This document shows, piece after piece, positions 47,601-56,494 of a stretch of DNA of 64,000 nucleotides. The first letter of the stretch is position 1. Every line of letters starts with the position of its first letter. Below the pieces are notes generated by a model. The model worked only from the letters and a program-made list of their open reading frames with translations. It was not told where the DNA came from and ran no database searches. The translations under genes and the position numbers were made by a program. This DNA is from a virus, in IMG/VR virus record IMGVR_UViG_3300042894_007649, positions 1 to 64,000 of that record. The stretch is one strand, 5' to 3'.

Positions 47601-50600
47601 GTAAAACATGAAAGGAAAATGCAGAAAAAAGAAACAGCTATGCCTAAAGAAGTAGATGCTCCTAAAGAAGCAGCTACGCCTTGTCCTAGTGTTCCAGATG
47701 ATGGTTGCCTCGATCCAAAAGCAATGGCGGCTAGTGGCGGAAGCATGGTTAAAACAGCAGCCGCTGTTGCTATTTTAGCCGCTGGAGCTTTGGTGTTGGG
47801 AACTGCATTGATATTCCTTGGCAGTAAAGTTCTTAAAGCACTTGGTCTTGATTTAAACAAAATAATGGAAACTGCTGCTGCAATCGCTGCGGTCATCGGC
47901 GTTGCTGTAGCCATTTCAGTTGCTGGCGCTCTTGCAATGAATTGCTTGTCTGAAATTGAACCTGAAATTTCAAAAATACAAAAAAATCTTGGCAAGGCCG
48001 TAAAAACAGGAGCAATTCTTGTTGTCATGGGAACTATTTTGGTCATTCTTGGCGCAGCAATGATTTACTTGGCACGGATGGTTCTAAAGGCACTCAATAT
48101 GGATGCCTCTACAGCAATTGAAGTTGCCACTACAGTTGGAGCAATTGCTGGCGTTGTAGGAACAGTTGCCTACGCAACTGTTAAGTTTTTAGAAGCACTT
48201 GAAGAACTTGACGCAAACCCAATGTGGAAAAAAATTAAAACAAATTATCCAGCAATAGTAAAGAATATTGCCTTGGGAGGATTAGCACTTTTAGTCATAT
48301 CAGGCGCAATAGTTATCCTTGGCGCAGCATTGATAAAATTTTCTCAATATATATTAGGAGCATTAGGAGTTGATGCAGCTACTGCTTTTAAAGTTGGATC
48401 AACAATAGCCGCAATTATGGTCGCTGTGGGATTAATTGCACTTGCCACAATTGGATCAATTGGTGGATTACAAGCTCTCGGACAATTAACTGCTTACCTT
48501 GTAACACCAGTACCGGGTCCATTTCCTATTCCTGCTGGTGCCTTGATGCTACTTGGCGCTGACGTTTTGCTTAAACTTGGTCTACCAATTCTTTTGCTTG
48601 CTACAGCACTTATGTTTTTTGGCAAAATAATTCTTGGGGCAGCTGGAATTAATGCAGCTACAGCAATGAAAATTGGAATGACAATTTCTGCCATATTTTT
48701 AGCAGTTGGTCTAATTTCTTTGGCTTTAGGGTTTGCTATGGAAGGCCTAACGTATCTAGGAGCAATAGCAACTATAGTTTTAACTAGTCCTCTGGTAGTA
48801 TTAATGGAACTAGGAGCATGGGCATTATTGCTTGGAGGAGGAGGAATTCTTCTTCTTGGAGTCGCAATAATGTGGCTAGCTAAAACTCTTTTAGCTATTT
48901 CGGGATTAAATTTAGCTTCAATTGCAATGACAACATTGACCGTATATGCATTATTTGCTGGAGTTGCATTAATATCGATTGCTTTGGGTGCTGCGATGGA
49001 AGGCCTAATGTATCTAGGAGCAATAGCAGGTATACTTATACTTGCAATTCCTTTAATGGAGATTGGCGCAAGAGCTTTATTATTTTTCACACCAGCAATG
49101 CTTCTTCTTGCATCTGCAATAATATTGATGGGAATGTTAGTATCGAAATTTATTGTATCGCCAAAACTAGCTGGTCAAACTGCTTACGCTATTGCAACTA
49201 TTCTTGGCGCTGCTGCACTTATTGCTGCCGCTGTTGTCGGATTCGCAACTATCGGAATAGCTTTAGGACTTATTGGACTTCTTTCTCCACTTATTGCAGG
49301 TCTTATGTTGCCTGCCGCATGGGGTCTTGGCGTATTGGCTTTCCCAATGATTGAATTTGTACAAGCTGCTGTAAGAATAGCCAAAGATTTGGCAGGAGCA
49401 ATGCCATTAAACAAAGTAAATGAATGTGTTGGCGCTATAGCATCAATTCTTGGTGCTGCTCTGTTAATAGCAGGTATAATACTTGGATTTGCTACAATTG
49501 GCACAGGCTTGGGACTTATTGGACTTCTTTCTCCACTTATTGCAGGTCTTATGTTGCCTGCTGCATGGGGTCTTGGCGTATTGGCTTTCCCAATGATTGA
49601 ATTTACACAAGCTGCTGCCAATGTAGCCAAAGATTTGGCAAAAGCTTTGCCTCCAGCACAAGTGGAAGAAGTAGTTAATGCTGTAACAACAATTTTGAAT
49701 GGAGCAGCAAAGATAGGCGAATCAGTATCTGGAATGATTCCTTCAATGCAATATATGTCAATGATAGGACTTATTGCGCCAGTCATTGCTTGGTCAATGA
49801 GTGGTGCTGGTGGAGCACTTATCACACTTTCTAAACCACTTGCTTTTTTTGCAATTGCCGCACTATATGTTGCGATTTTACTTAATTCTATAATGAAACC
49901 CAAAGATGCAGAAGAAGCTGCAAATGCTGTGACAACAATTCTGAATGGAGCGGCTAGTATTTCGGATTCCCTGATGAAAATGGTTCCTAAACTTACGGCA
50001 ATTGGATCAACTGCACTCATCATGTTTATGATTGCTCCTATTATGCGTCTTGCTGCTTCAGCACTTTATATCATGTCATGGCCTGTTGTTGAATATGCTA
50101 AAGCAATTGTTAGTTTTGCAATGTCATTGGCAAGTGTAGTTCATCCCGATAAGGCTAAATCTTTATCGCAAGGTGTTGCTTCTATGCTTAGTGCTATAGG
50201 AGAAGTGTCGGATGAGTTCCAAAAAATTAGAAATAAAATTGTCAGTATAGGAATGGGAGAAGGAGTTTTCAAACTTTTCCTTTTTACTTTGCCTGCACTT
50301 CGCATGGGAGTCTTTGCTTTCAAAGCAATGAAAAAACCAATAACTGATTTTATAATTGAAATTGTAAACTTCAGTACTTCCTTGTCAACTATTGTAACTC
50401 CAGCTGTTGCTAAAACTGCCACAAAGACAATAAATGCTACATCTGAAATAATTGCAAAAGTATCAGATATTATGAAGAATTTGAATGAAAAGATTGTTCC
50501 CATGACAAAAGCTGGATGGTTTACAAAATCTCCTGTTGACATATTGATAGAAGCAAAAAATAAACTAGCAACTTTCTTCCCAGCAATGTTTGGTTTAATA

Positions 50601-53600
50601 AAATCAATTGTTCTTCAAGTTAACGCTAGCTTTACCGAAACGCAAGGCATTAAATCTGCTTTGAAAATATTGACCTTAATTGGCATGGTTGTAAATGAAG
50701 TTTCTAACGCAATTAAATCTCTTTCAGAAAAGGTTGCTCCATTTGTTAAAAAGGGATGGTGGAGTGGTAAATCGGCATCAGATGAGATAATTGCTGCCAA
50801 GACTGACATTAAAAATTTAATATTGGCAATTGTAGATTTGATGGGAACTGGAATTGTTGGTCCAATTGCAAAAATGGACAATATTGAAGAAATGAAAAAG
50901 GCTGCAAAAATAATGGCCGTAGTAGCCGTTCTCATGGAATTGACTGGTAAGGCAATTAAGGGGATGGCAGAAGTTGTAGGGACAATGAAATCGGGTTATA
51001 TTAAAAAAGGTTCTGCTGACATAATAAAAGAAAATAAAGATACATTTAAAGAATTTTTTGGAGAAGTTACAAAATTTATCGGTGAAGGAATTGTTGATTC
51101 TATTTCTATTATTCCTGATAGTTCAAGTTTAAGCAAGGCATCATCAACTATGATTGATGTTGCTAGGCTTCTTTGTGCTACAGGATCTACAATCAAGTCT
51201 CTTGCTGAAGTTATGAAATTAATGGACCCAGTTTCACTTTTCGATAGAAAATCACCAATGCAAAAAATTGTTGAAAAAACTGATAAATTTACAGATTGGT
51301 TTGGTAAAATTGGAAAATTTGTCAAAGAAGGAATAGTAGATCCAACAAATTTAATTTTCACTGACTCAAAAGACATTAATTCTGCTTCGATAATTATAGT
51401 TGCTATGGCTAAGATTGCAGCATCAATTGTTCCGATGATTAAGAATCTTGCTGAAGCCGTTGCTTTAGCCACAGAAGGTAAAGGAATTTTTGATGCGGCT
51501 CCAATGAAGAAAATTGTTGATAGTAAAGATAAATTTACATATTGGTTTGAGATAATTGGCGTATTTGTGCGTGATGGTATAGTTAAACCAACTTTGAGCG
51601 TCATGAAAGATATAGATATAGGAAAAGCCACTCAAATAATTGTTTCGATGGCAACCATTGCCGCACAAATTGTTCCAATGATAAAAAATCTTGCTTCTGC
51701 TGTTGGATTAATGAGTGAAGGAGGCGTTGACAACATTGATACTGAATGTCCTGTCGATAGAATAATCTCATCAAAAGATAAGTTTACTGATTTTTTCACA
51801 CAAGTAGCAATGTTTATGCGTGATGGAATTGTCAATCCAATTTTGAATGAGTTGAAAGATTTAGACGGAATTCAAAAAGCAGCAAGAATAATGAATGCAA
51901 TGAATCAATTAATTATAATGATTCCACAAGTTATCAATAATTTTGTTACAGGACTAATTCCTTTGGTGGAAAACAGTATACAAGACATAGCCAAAGACAC
52001 ACCTGAAGAAAAAATTAAGGCAAACTCTGAAAAGCTTAAAGCATTTTTCACAACAACAGCAAGATTTATGCGTGAGGGAATTGTCAATCCAATTTTAAAG
52101 GAATTGGATGATTTGGACAGTATTCAAAGGGCTGCAAGAATTCTTAATGCTATGAATCAATTGTTGATAAATGTTACAGGTGTAATTAGAAGTTTGGTTT
52201 CATTGTTTGGTCCGCTTGATCCTAATCAGTGTCTTAAAGAGGCACCTATTCAAATGATTTCGAGAATGGCACCTCAATTTACCTTGTGGTTTACAAATGT
52301 TGCTTTGTTGATGAGAAATGGCATTTTATATCCAATTTTGTTACTATTCCCATCTGAAGAAGAAATGAAAGAGGCTGTTGCTCAGTTGGCAAGAATGATT
52401 GAGTTGGTTAAATTGTTACCTGCATTTTTAATGCAATTATCCAATTCTATGGATATGTTTTCTGGAGTTGTAGGTGCCTTCAACATAGGACTAAAAGTTA
52501 CATTTTTTGCAAGTGTATTTACTTATTTGGCTGATACTTTGAAATATGGAGTTATTAATCCAATATTTGAAATGCCTACTGTTGACGAATTAGATGATGC
52601 TATTGATCGCATGAGTGGAATGGCAGATGTAACTGCGACTGCATCTGGTTTAATGAAATTCTTGTTTGACGTGTTTAATGATTTCAGTAATTCTATTGGC
52701 TTATATACAATATTTTTTGGTGCAAGAAATACAAATTATTTTGCGGACACATTTACTTATTTGGCTGATACTTTGAAATATGGAGTTATTGGTCCAATAT
52801 TGTATATGCCTACTGTTGATCAATTAGATGATGCTATTGATCGCATGAATGGAATGGCTAATGTAACTGAGACTGCATCTGGTTTAATGAAATTCTTGTT
52901 TGACGTGTTTAGTGATTTCAGTAATTCTATTGGCTTATATACAATATTTTTTGGTGCAAAAAATACAAATTATTTTGCGGACACATTTACTTATTTGGCT
53001 AATGTTTTCATGGATGGAATTATCGTACCGATTAGAAAATTACCTAGTGTTGATGAATTAAGAGATGCTGTTAATAGAATAGAAGGAATGTCGAATGTTT
53101 GTAGTGCGGCTTCTTACGCTATGGGTAAAATGTTCCGAATATTTGGCGAATTTTCAGAAAAGACAAGCTTTTTTGGAATGATTTTTGGTAGATTTGATCA
53201 ATACTTCTTCAATAAGACATTTACAACTATGGCTGACAGTTTGAAGTACGGTATAATTCAACCAATTCTAAAAAACATGCCTGCTGTATCTGAATTGAAT
53301 TTAGTTGTTGATAAGTTAAAGGGATTGGTTAATATTCTTGATGAAGTTCAAAAAATCATGAATAAAATGCAGGAAACTGTAAGTAATATTGGAAATATTG
53401 GTTTTGATTTTAATGCAATTAAAGAAATGCCTATTGATAAACTTTTGCTTCTTGCAAATCATGCAAAGAAGGGTCTTGATATAGCACAGAGTGTAGAAAC
53501 AAGTGTATCAAAAACAAGTGTGAAAGAAGAGCCTTCTGTTGCGGCAACTAAAAAGGCAAACGCAGAGATTTCTGCAATTGTTGAAAATAATTCAAGTAAT

Positions 53601-53972
53601 AAAAATATTACATCTGTAACAGCAACTCCAACATCTAAAATTGGAGGAGAATCTTCTATTCAGAGCAAGATAGCTGCCAAGAAGGCATCTGAAGAACCTC
53701 AAGCTGCTAAGATTACTGGTAAAGAGTTGACTGAAATTTCTGAATCTTCAAAAGAACAAACTGAATTAACAGGAGAGCTTGTTGAGTTATTCAAGAAATT
53801 CTTAGACTTAATGAAGCCAACATCTGGTGGTGGAGGATCTGGCGCAGATACTCCTTCAACTGGACTCAATAGAATCAAGGGTAAGCCTCCGAAAATTTAC
53901 AAAGCAACTAGTGGATTATTGTCTAAGGGACCACAAAGACAAGTTGTTAACATGAGTCCATTGCCATCTTAA
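44697..53972 (+). CDS. tail tape measure protein
   Basis: 3091 aa, helical and Ala-rich with long hydrophobic region and internal repeats; directly upstream of baseplate genes. Confidence 0.85.
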   Translation: MDQPILDNLNRNVGSVITSLQALKSALDTASTGTAQPAGGGNVNMDDLKDILGKFVKDFKEVSEEQKKYTKSVVKAMKDVIKARSSGGGGGGGGGGGGGGGGGGGGGGKKSKADQEEIKNLQSKLSLESQLIDFAEKNSFYGENSVDTLTEALKITVAQHKVRANALVSIQGISDVEKQALKTEYKRLEAIKNGQYAYYNMVNQLREITGYMNTFESGLGLKTMETLTSGIVQEEMKFTQEVRKAAYETAGLTKNSQSLQRTYEEIGTSVKTTGFDRTKFQQSYLKSLKSGVKDLKQAVSLTTTQLNTESQLGLEAGSLQETFQSFAQTGRMTNGQLADMGRGMRDVAKNTGLTGEALKGAVDSSREIINQLRNAASLTSTAAKNVIEMNANAKKLGVDQQMLQLQGGLTSGAKLLMDSSSQTQSMIFLAASKVGKVNEAMNGTLLSTKEGIKSLGTGLQGILKDFGVGSLEEIDQLSAEAKTRLNIQLKSVVGMELGEFRSLIESVNESGKGLGDRLGDINKKMKDNITADEKRALVEQKRQLKASKQLEILTALDEAAKGAKDMNGALAKFGERRKDFEGDLQALGSSWQNETQVAKDAIKGAIESVNKGLKEAGKSELKIDSSEIEKAVKDPSMLRELTAKISKGEQQLATAQKAQLDPVTETNQKLTEINDTLRNMSQNVISKIMSSIFGKLLVVGAVISGIAASVIGLGIQLIAIKKTLQKIAFGDMSKGESELSLLDNLKSVFTSKKPIEGVNIGKTETEKLTGQTSPTSTVTSEAQKKTKAETQPQTQTVAPKPESVNVEEKISKSSEILTKILTTLDTIKDCICKPSTPLTQPPAAAPDPMAALTQAKPAAAPDPMAALTQAKPAEPEPVQVAEKAAGKAAKKKKLTPEEIAALKAEGQARKEAAKAKGLDPAVEKSIRRNQEKNIKMDTKLNNIERKEQIKEIRRGKKDDRILRLEEQAVKHERKMQKKETAMPKEVDAPKEAATPCPSVPDDGCLDPKAMAASGGSMVKTAAAVAILAAGALVLGTALIFLGSKVLKALGLDLNKIMETAAAIAAVIGVAVAISVAGALAMNCLSEIEPEISKIQKNLGKAVKTGAILVVMGTILVILGAAMIYLARMVLKALNMDASTAIEVATTVGAIAGVVGTVAYATVKFLEALEELDANPMWKKIKTNYPAIVKNIALGGLALLVISGAIVILGAALIKFSQYILGALGVDAATAFKVGSTIAAIMVAVGLIALATIGSIGGLQALGQLTAYLVTPVPGPFPIPAGALMLLGADVLLKLGLPILLLATALMFFGKIILGAAGINAATAMKIGMTISAIFLAVGLISLALGFAMEGLTYLGAIATIVLTSPLVVLMELGAWALLLGGGGILLLGVAIMWLAKTLLAISGLNLASIAMTTLTVYALFAGVALISIALGAAMEGLMYLGAIAGILILAIPLMEIGARALLFFTPAMLLLASAIILMGMLVSKFIVSPKLAGQTAYAIATILGAAALIAAAVVGFATIGIALGLIGLLSPLIAGLMLPAAWGLGVLAFPMIEFVQAAVRIAKDLAGAMPLNKVNECVGAIASILGAALLIAGIILGFATIGTGLGLIGLLSPLIAGLMLPAAWGLGVLAFPMIEFTQAAANVAKDLAKALPPAQVEEVVNAVTTILNGAAKIGESVSGMIPSMQYMSMIGLIAPVIAWSMSGAGGALITLSKPLAFFAIAALYVAILLNSIMKPKDAEEAANAVTTILNGAASISDSLMKMVPKLTAIGSTALIMFMIAPIMRLAASALYIMSWPVVEYAKAIVSFAMSLASVVHPDKAKSLSQGVASMLSAIGEVSDEFQKIRNKIVSIGMGEGVFKLFLFTLPALRMGVFAFKAMKKPITDFIIEIVNFSTSLSTIVTPAVAKTATKTINATSEIIAKVSDIMKNLNEKIVPMTKAGWFTKSPVDILIEAKNKLATFFPAMFGLIKSIVLQVNASFTETQGIKSALKILTLIGMVVNEVSNAIKSLSEKVAPFVKKGWWSGKSASDEIIAAKTDIKNLILAIVDLMGTGIVGPIAKMDNIEEMKKAAKIMAVVAVLMELTGKAIKGMAEVVGTMKSGYIKKGSADIIKENKDTFKEFFGEVTKFIGEGIVDSISIIPDSSSLSKASSTMIDVARLLCATGSTIKSLAEVMKLMDPVSLFDRKSPMQKIVEKTDKFTDWFGKIGKFVKEGIVDPTNLIFTDSKDINSASIIIVAMAKIAASIVPMIKNLAEAVALATEGKGIFDAAPMKKIVDSKDKFTYWFEIIGVFVRDGIVKPTLSVMKDIDIGKATQIIVSMATIAAQIVPMIKNLASAVGLMSEGGVDNIDTECPVDRIISSKDKFTDFFTQVAMFMRDGIVNPILNELKDLDGIQKAARIMNAMNQLIIMIPQVINNFVTGLIPLVENSIQDIAKDTPEEKIKANSEKLKAFFTTTARFMREGIVNPILKELDDLDSIQRAARILNAMNQLLINVTGVIRSLVSLFGPLDPNQCLKEAPIQMISRMAPQFTLWFTNVALLMRNGILYPILLLFPSEEEMKEAVAQLARMIELVKLLPAFLMQLSNSMDMFSGVVGAFNIGLKVTFFASVFTYLADTLKYGVINPIFEMPTVDELDDAIDRMSGMADVTATASGLMKFLFDVFNDFSNSIGLYTIFFGARNTNYFADTFTYLADTLKYGVIGPILYMPTVDQLDDAIDRMNGMANVTETASGLMKFLFDVFSDFSNSIGLYTIFFGAKNTNYFADTFTYLANVFMDGIIVPIRKLPSVDELRDAVNRIEGMSNVCSAASYAMGKMFRIFGEFSEKTSFFGMIFGRFDQYFFNKTFTTMADSLKYGIIQPILKNMPAVSELNLVVDKLKGLVNILDEVQKIMNKMQETVSNIGNIGFDFNAIKEMPIDKLLLLANHAKKGLDIAQSVETSVSKTSVKEEPSVAATKKANAEISAIVENNSSNKNITSVTATPTSKIGGESSIQSKIAAKKASEEPQAAKITGKELTEISESSKEQTELTGELVELFKKFLDLMKPTSGGGGSGADTPSTGLNRIKGKPPKIYKATSGLLSKGPQRQVVNMSPLPS
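44955..45020 (+). repeat. (GGY)22 microsatellite encoding poly-Gly
   Basis: Directly visible. Confidence 0.95.
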
Positions 53973-53993
53973 TTAATTTAAAAGGAATAATAA

Positions 53994-54566
53994 ATGAACG
54001 CTACCATACCTGATGGTCAAATGAATGTACTGGAAAAATGTTACATTGATATTCCATCATTATCAATTACACTAAAGATGCAATCTTTGCCAGATATTAG
54101 TGATGGAAAAGGCGCACAATATGGAGATGAAACATCAATCGGTAGAAGTACTCCTTTCAAAACTTATCAGAATTCTGATAATAGGACAATTGGATGGACT
54201 GCTCATTATATGGTAACTCAAGAAAAAGATATACCATTGCTTTTTAGTTACATAAGAGCAGTTCAGGCGGCAGTTTATCCATTTGACTCAAAAGATTCAA
54301 ATTTAGGCGGCAATGTTGCTGGTAATGGAGGTGCTCCATATGCTCCTCCTCCTGTTTGTAAGCTTCAGTGTGGCGATCTTTTATCAAAAGTAGGACCAAT
54401 TAATGCTGTGTTAAAATCATATAGTATTAAATTCGACCCTTCTGTTCCTTGGGATGAAAAAACTTATTTGCCTTATAAATTTGATTTAGACTTAAGTTTT
54501 GATGTTATTTATAATCAATCGGATTTGCCGGGTGCAAATAGAATTTTTAATGATAGTAGTCTTTAA
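53994..54566 (+). CDS. tail tube initiator-like protein
   Basis: IGRS.P...Y..S..R.I, PPPVCKL..G, VLKSYSIKF; synteny. Confidence 0.7.
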   Translation: MNATIPDGQMNVLEKCYIDIPSLSITLKMQSLPDISDGKGAQYGDETSIGRSTPFKTYQNSDNRTIGWTAHYMVTQEKDIPLLFSYIRAVQAAVYPFDSKDSNLGGNVAGNGGAPYAPPPVCKLQCGDLLSKVGPINAVLKSYSIKFDPSVPWDEKTYLPYKFDLDLSFDVIYNQSDLPGANRIFNDSSL

Positions 54567-54579
54567 TTATCGAGGAAAT

Positions 54580-54906
54580 ATGGCTAATTTAATAGAAGAG
54601 ACGGCAATAAACCCTAAAAGATTTGTTCCAGTATCTAGCAGATATTCTGATGCTACTGTCATTTATTATACTGAAAACAAATTAATGACATATAAAATTT
54701 ACAAAAAAAATATTATACAAACGAGTAACAGAGATAGATATTATGTAGTAACAGCAGGATCTGAATATCGTCCTGACTTAGTTTCAAATAAAGTTTATGG
54801 TTCTCCTGATTTTTGGTGGAAAATAATGGAGGCCAACAATATAAAAGATATTTTTGATTTCAAGACGGGTATTAATATTCGTTTACCAGATGCTATTTTA
54901 GGATAA
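54580..54906 (+). CDS. LysM/gp53-like baseplate protein
   Basis: YRPDLVS.KVYG....WWKIMEANNI; start reassigned after GAGG. Confidence 0.8.
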   Translation: MANLIEETAINPKRFVPVSSRYSDATVIYYTENKLMTYKIYKKNIIQTSNRDRYYVVTAGSEYRPDLVSNKVYGSPDFWWKIMEANNIKDIFDFKTGINIRLPDAILG

Positions 54907-54908
54907 CT

Positions 54909-56480
54909 ATGCCCCCAAAGCCTTGTCAATTAAATAAAGAATGTTTGGAATCATATGCATGTTCTGCTCCGATGGCAGTAATGGAAGGTGCTATTTATTC
55001 TCCTTATGTGGAATTATCTTTTGGTGCTGCGAAAACGATTACTGGACAAGATCCAGAAAGATTAATTCTTACGGTTGGCAATCAATCTCAACCAAATGCT
55101 AATTTAGCTGCAATTACTTCTTTTAGTTATGGTTTTCAAAATGGTGGTGGAACTGGTCAGGGCGCTGAAATTGAGGTTATAGATAATGGTGGGGCAATGT
55201 ATAGAAGCATTATTAGGGCTTTGAACAAATCTGCTGTAACGAAGAAACAAGAAGTATCTTTTACTGAATTTGATTTTGGGTGGATTGTTACGGATACATC
55301 TGGGAATAGTATGCCAAAATTAATTACAGCGAAAAGAATTAGTGGAAAAATAATCAGAAGTATATTTTTAGAAGCCGAGACTAATTTTGATGGAGGAAAT
55401 GTTAAAATAAAGATTAAACTGGCACCTCCCTCTAATGAAGACACATCTGTGCCTCAAACTGGTAGTATTGGAACATCAGATCAGCCTGTTGATCTTAAGT
55501 ATGCAATTACTCAGCTTTTGACTAGACCTGAGGTTGGTTATTCTGGTGTTGATTTTTTAGCGGCTGGTTATTATGACGCAGACAAAAAGTATGTTCCAAG
55601 TACATCAGAGCTTAATTTTCCTGCAAACATTGGTGGTGCAAAAGGACCGAAGGCAAGCTGGCCTTTAGAGCAACAGAGTGCGTTGAATGTTGTTCGCAAC
55701 TGGTTGTCAACAATTACAACAGAAAATGGAAGAGGAATTTTAATTCTTTACAATAATGAAAATAATAAAATAATTATTCAGGAAGATCCTACTGATCCAA
55801 ATGGAAAATGTTGTGCTGGTCACATTGCCACATATGTTGTTAATGGTGGAGGTTGTTCACCAGTTCTTGAATTTAATCCATCAATAAGTTGGCCAAAGGG
55901 TTTAATTCCCGGTAATGGTGGTACTGGTGGTGGTGCGTCAGGAGGAGGAGGCCAGAATATAAATCCTATGATTGATATTCAAAAAACTGGTGCCCAAACA
56001 AATCCTGTGCTTCAGCAGCATGAATGGCAATTTAGACCTCCTGAAGAGCATGTGGAAGCTGCTGTAATTGGTTATTCTACAAATACTAAGTCTGAGCAGT
56101 CTAGTGGAGCAGCCCCTTCTGGTGGCAAGCCAGCTTGGTCGGCAGATTTAAAAATAATGGGTGATCCTTTTTATTCTAATCCAATTTTATTTGTTGGTAC
56201 TAAATTTGTTTCAATAGTTTTTATAAATCCATATTTTTTTGGTGATGCTGCTAGTGGAACTTGGCTACAAACTTCAACATGCAATAGTATGTTGAGCAAT
56301 AAAAAATATCAGGTAACTGGCGTGAGCCATAATATTGGAAATGGAACTTATACCACTACATTAAAATTAATGCTACCCGTGCCAAATATTGATGTACCAT
56401 CTGGAGATTCAGCAGGAGGCAATGGTTGTGGTAGTAAAGATCAAAACTTTGTTGATGCTTCGGGCAAATCAACAACTTAG
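54909..56480 (+). CDS. baseplate hub (gp27/gpD-like)
   Basis: Synteny; C-terminal LKIMGDP...YQVTGVSHNI..G.YTT.LKL. Confidence 0.7.
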   Translation: MPPKPCQLNKECLESYACSAPMAVMEGAIYSPYVELSFGAAKTITGQDPERLILTVGNQSQPNANLAAITSFSYGFQNGGGTGQGAEIEVIDNGGAMYRSIIRALNKSAVTKKQEVSFTEFDFGWIVTDTSGNSMPKLITAKRISGKIIRSIFLEAETNFDGGNVKIKIKLAPPSNEDTSVPQTGSIGTSDQPVDLKYAITQLLTRPEVGYSGVDFLAAGYYDADKKYVPSTSELNFPANIGGAKGPKASWPLEQQSALNVVRNWLSTITTENGRGILILYNNENNKIIIQEDPTDPNGKCCAGHIATYVVNGGGCSPVLEFNPSISWPKGLIPGNGGTGGGASGGGGQNINPMIDIQKTGAQTNPVLQQHEWQFRPPEEHVEAAVIGYSTNTKSEQSSGAAPSGGKPAWSADLKIMGDPFYSNPILFVGTKFVSIVFINPYFFGDAASGTWLQTSTCNSMLSNKKYQVTGVSHNIGNGTYTTTLKLMLPVPNIDVPSGDSAGGNGCGSKDQNFVDASGKSTT

Positions 56481-56494
56481 TAAAGGCTATAAAA

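Noticed and set aside
44756-52087. Long antisense ORFs within the tape measure, including a poly-Pro one
   Set aside because: In-register shadows caused by Ala/Ile/Gly-rich codon usage.
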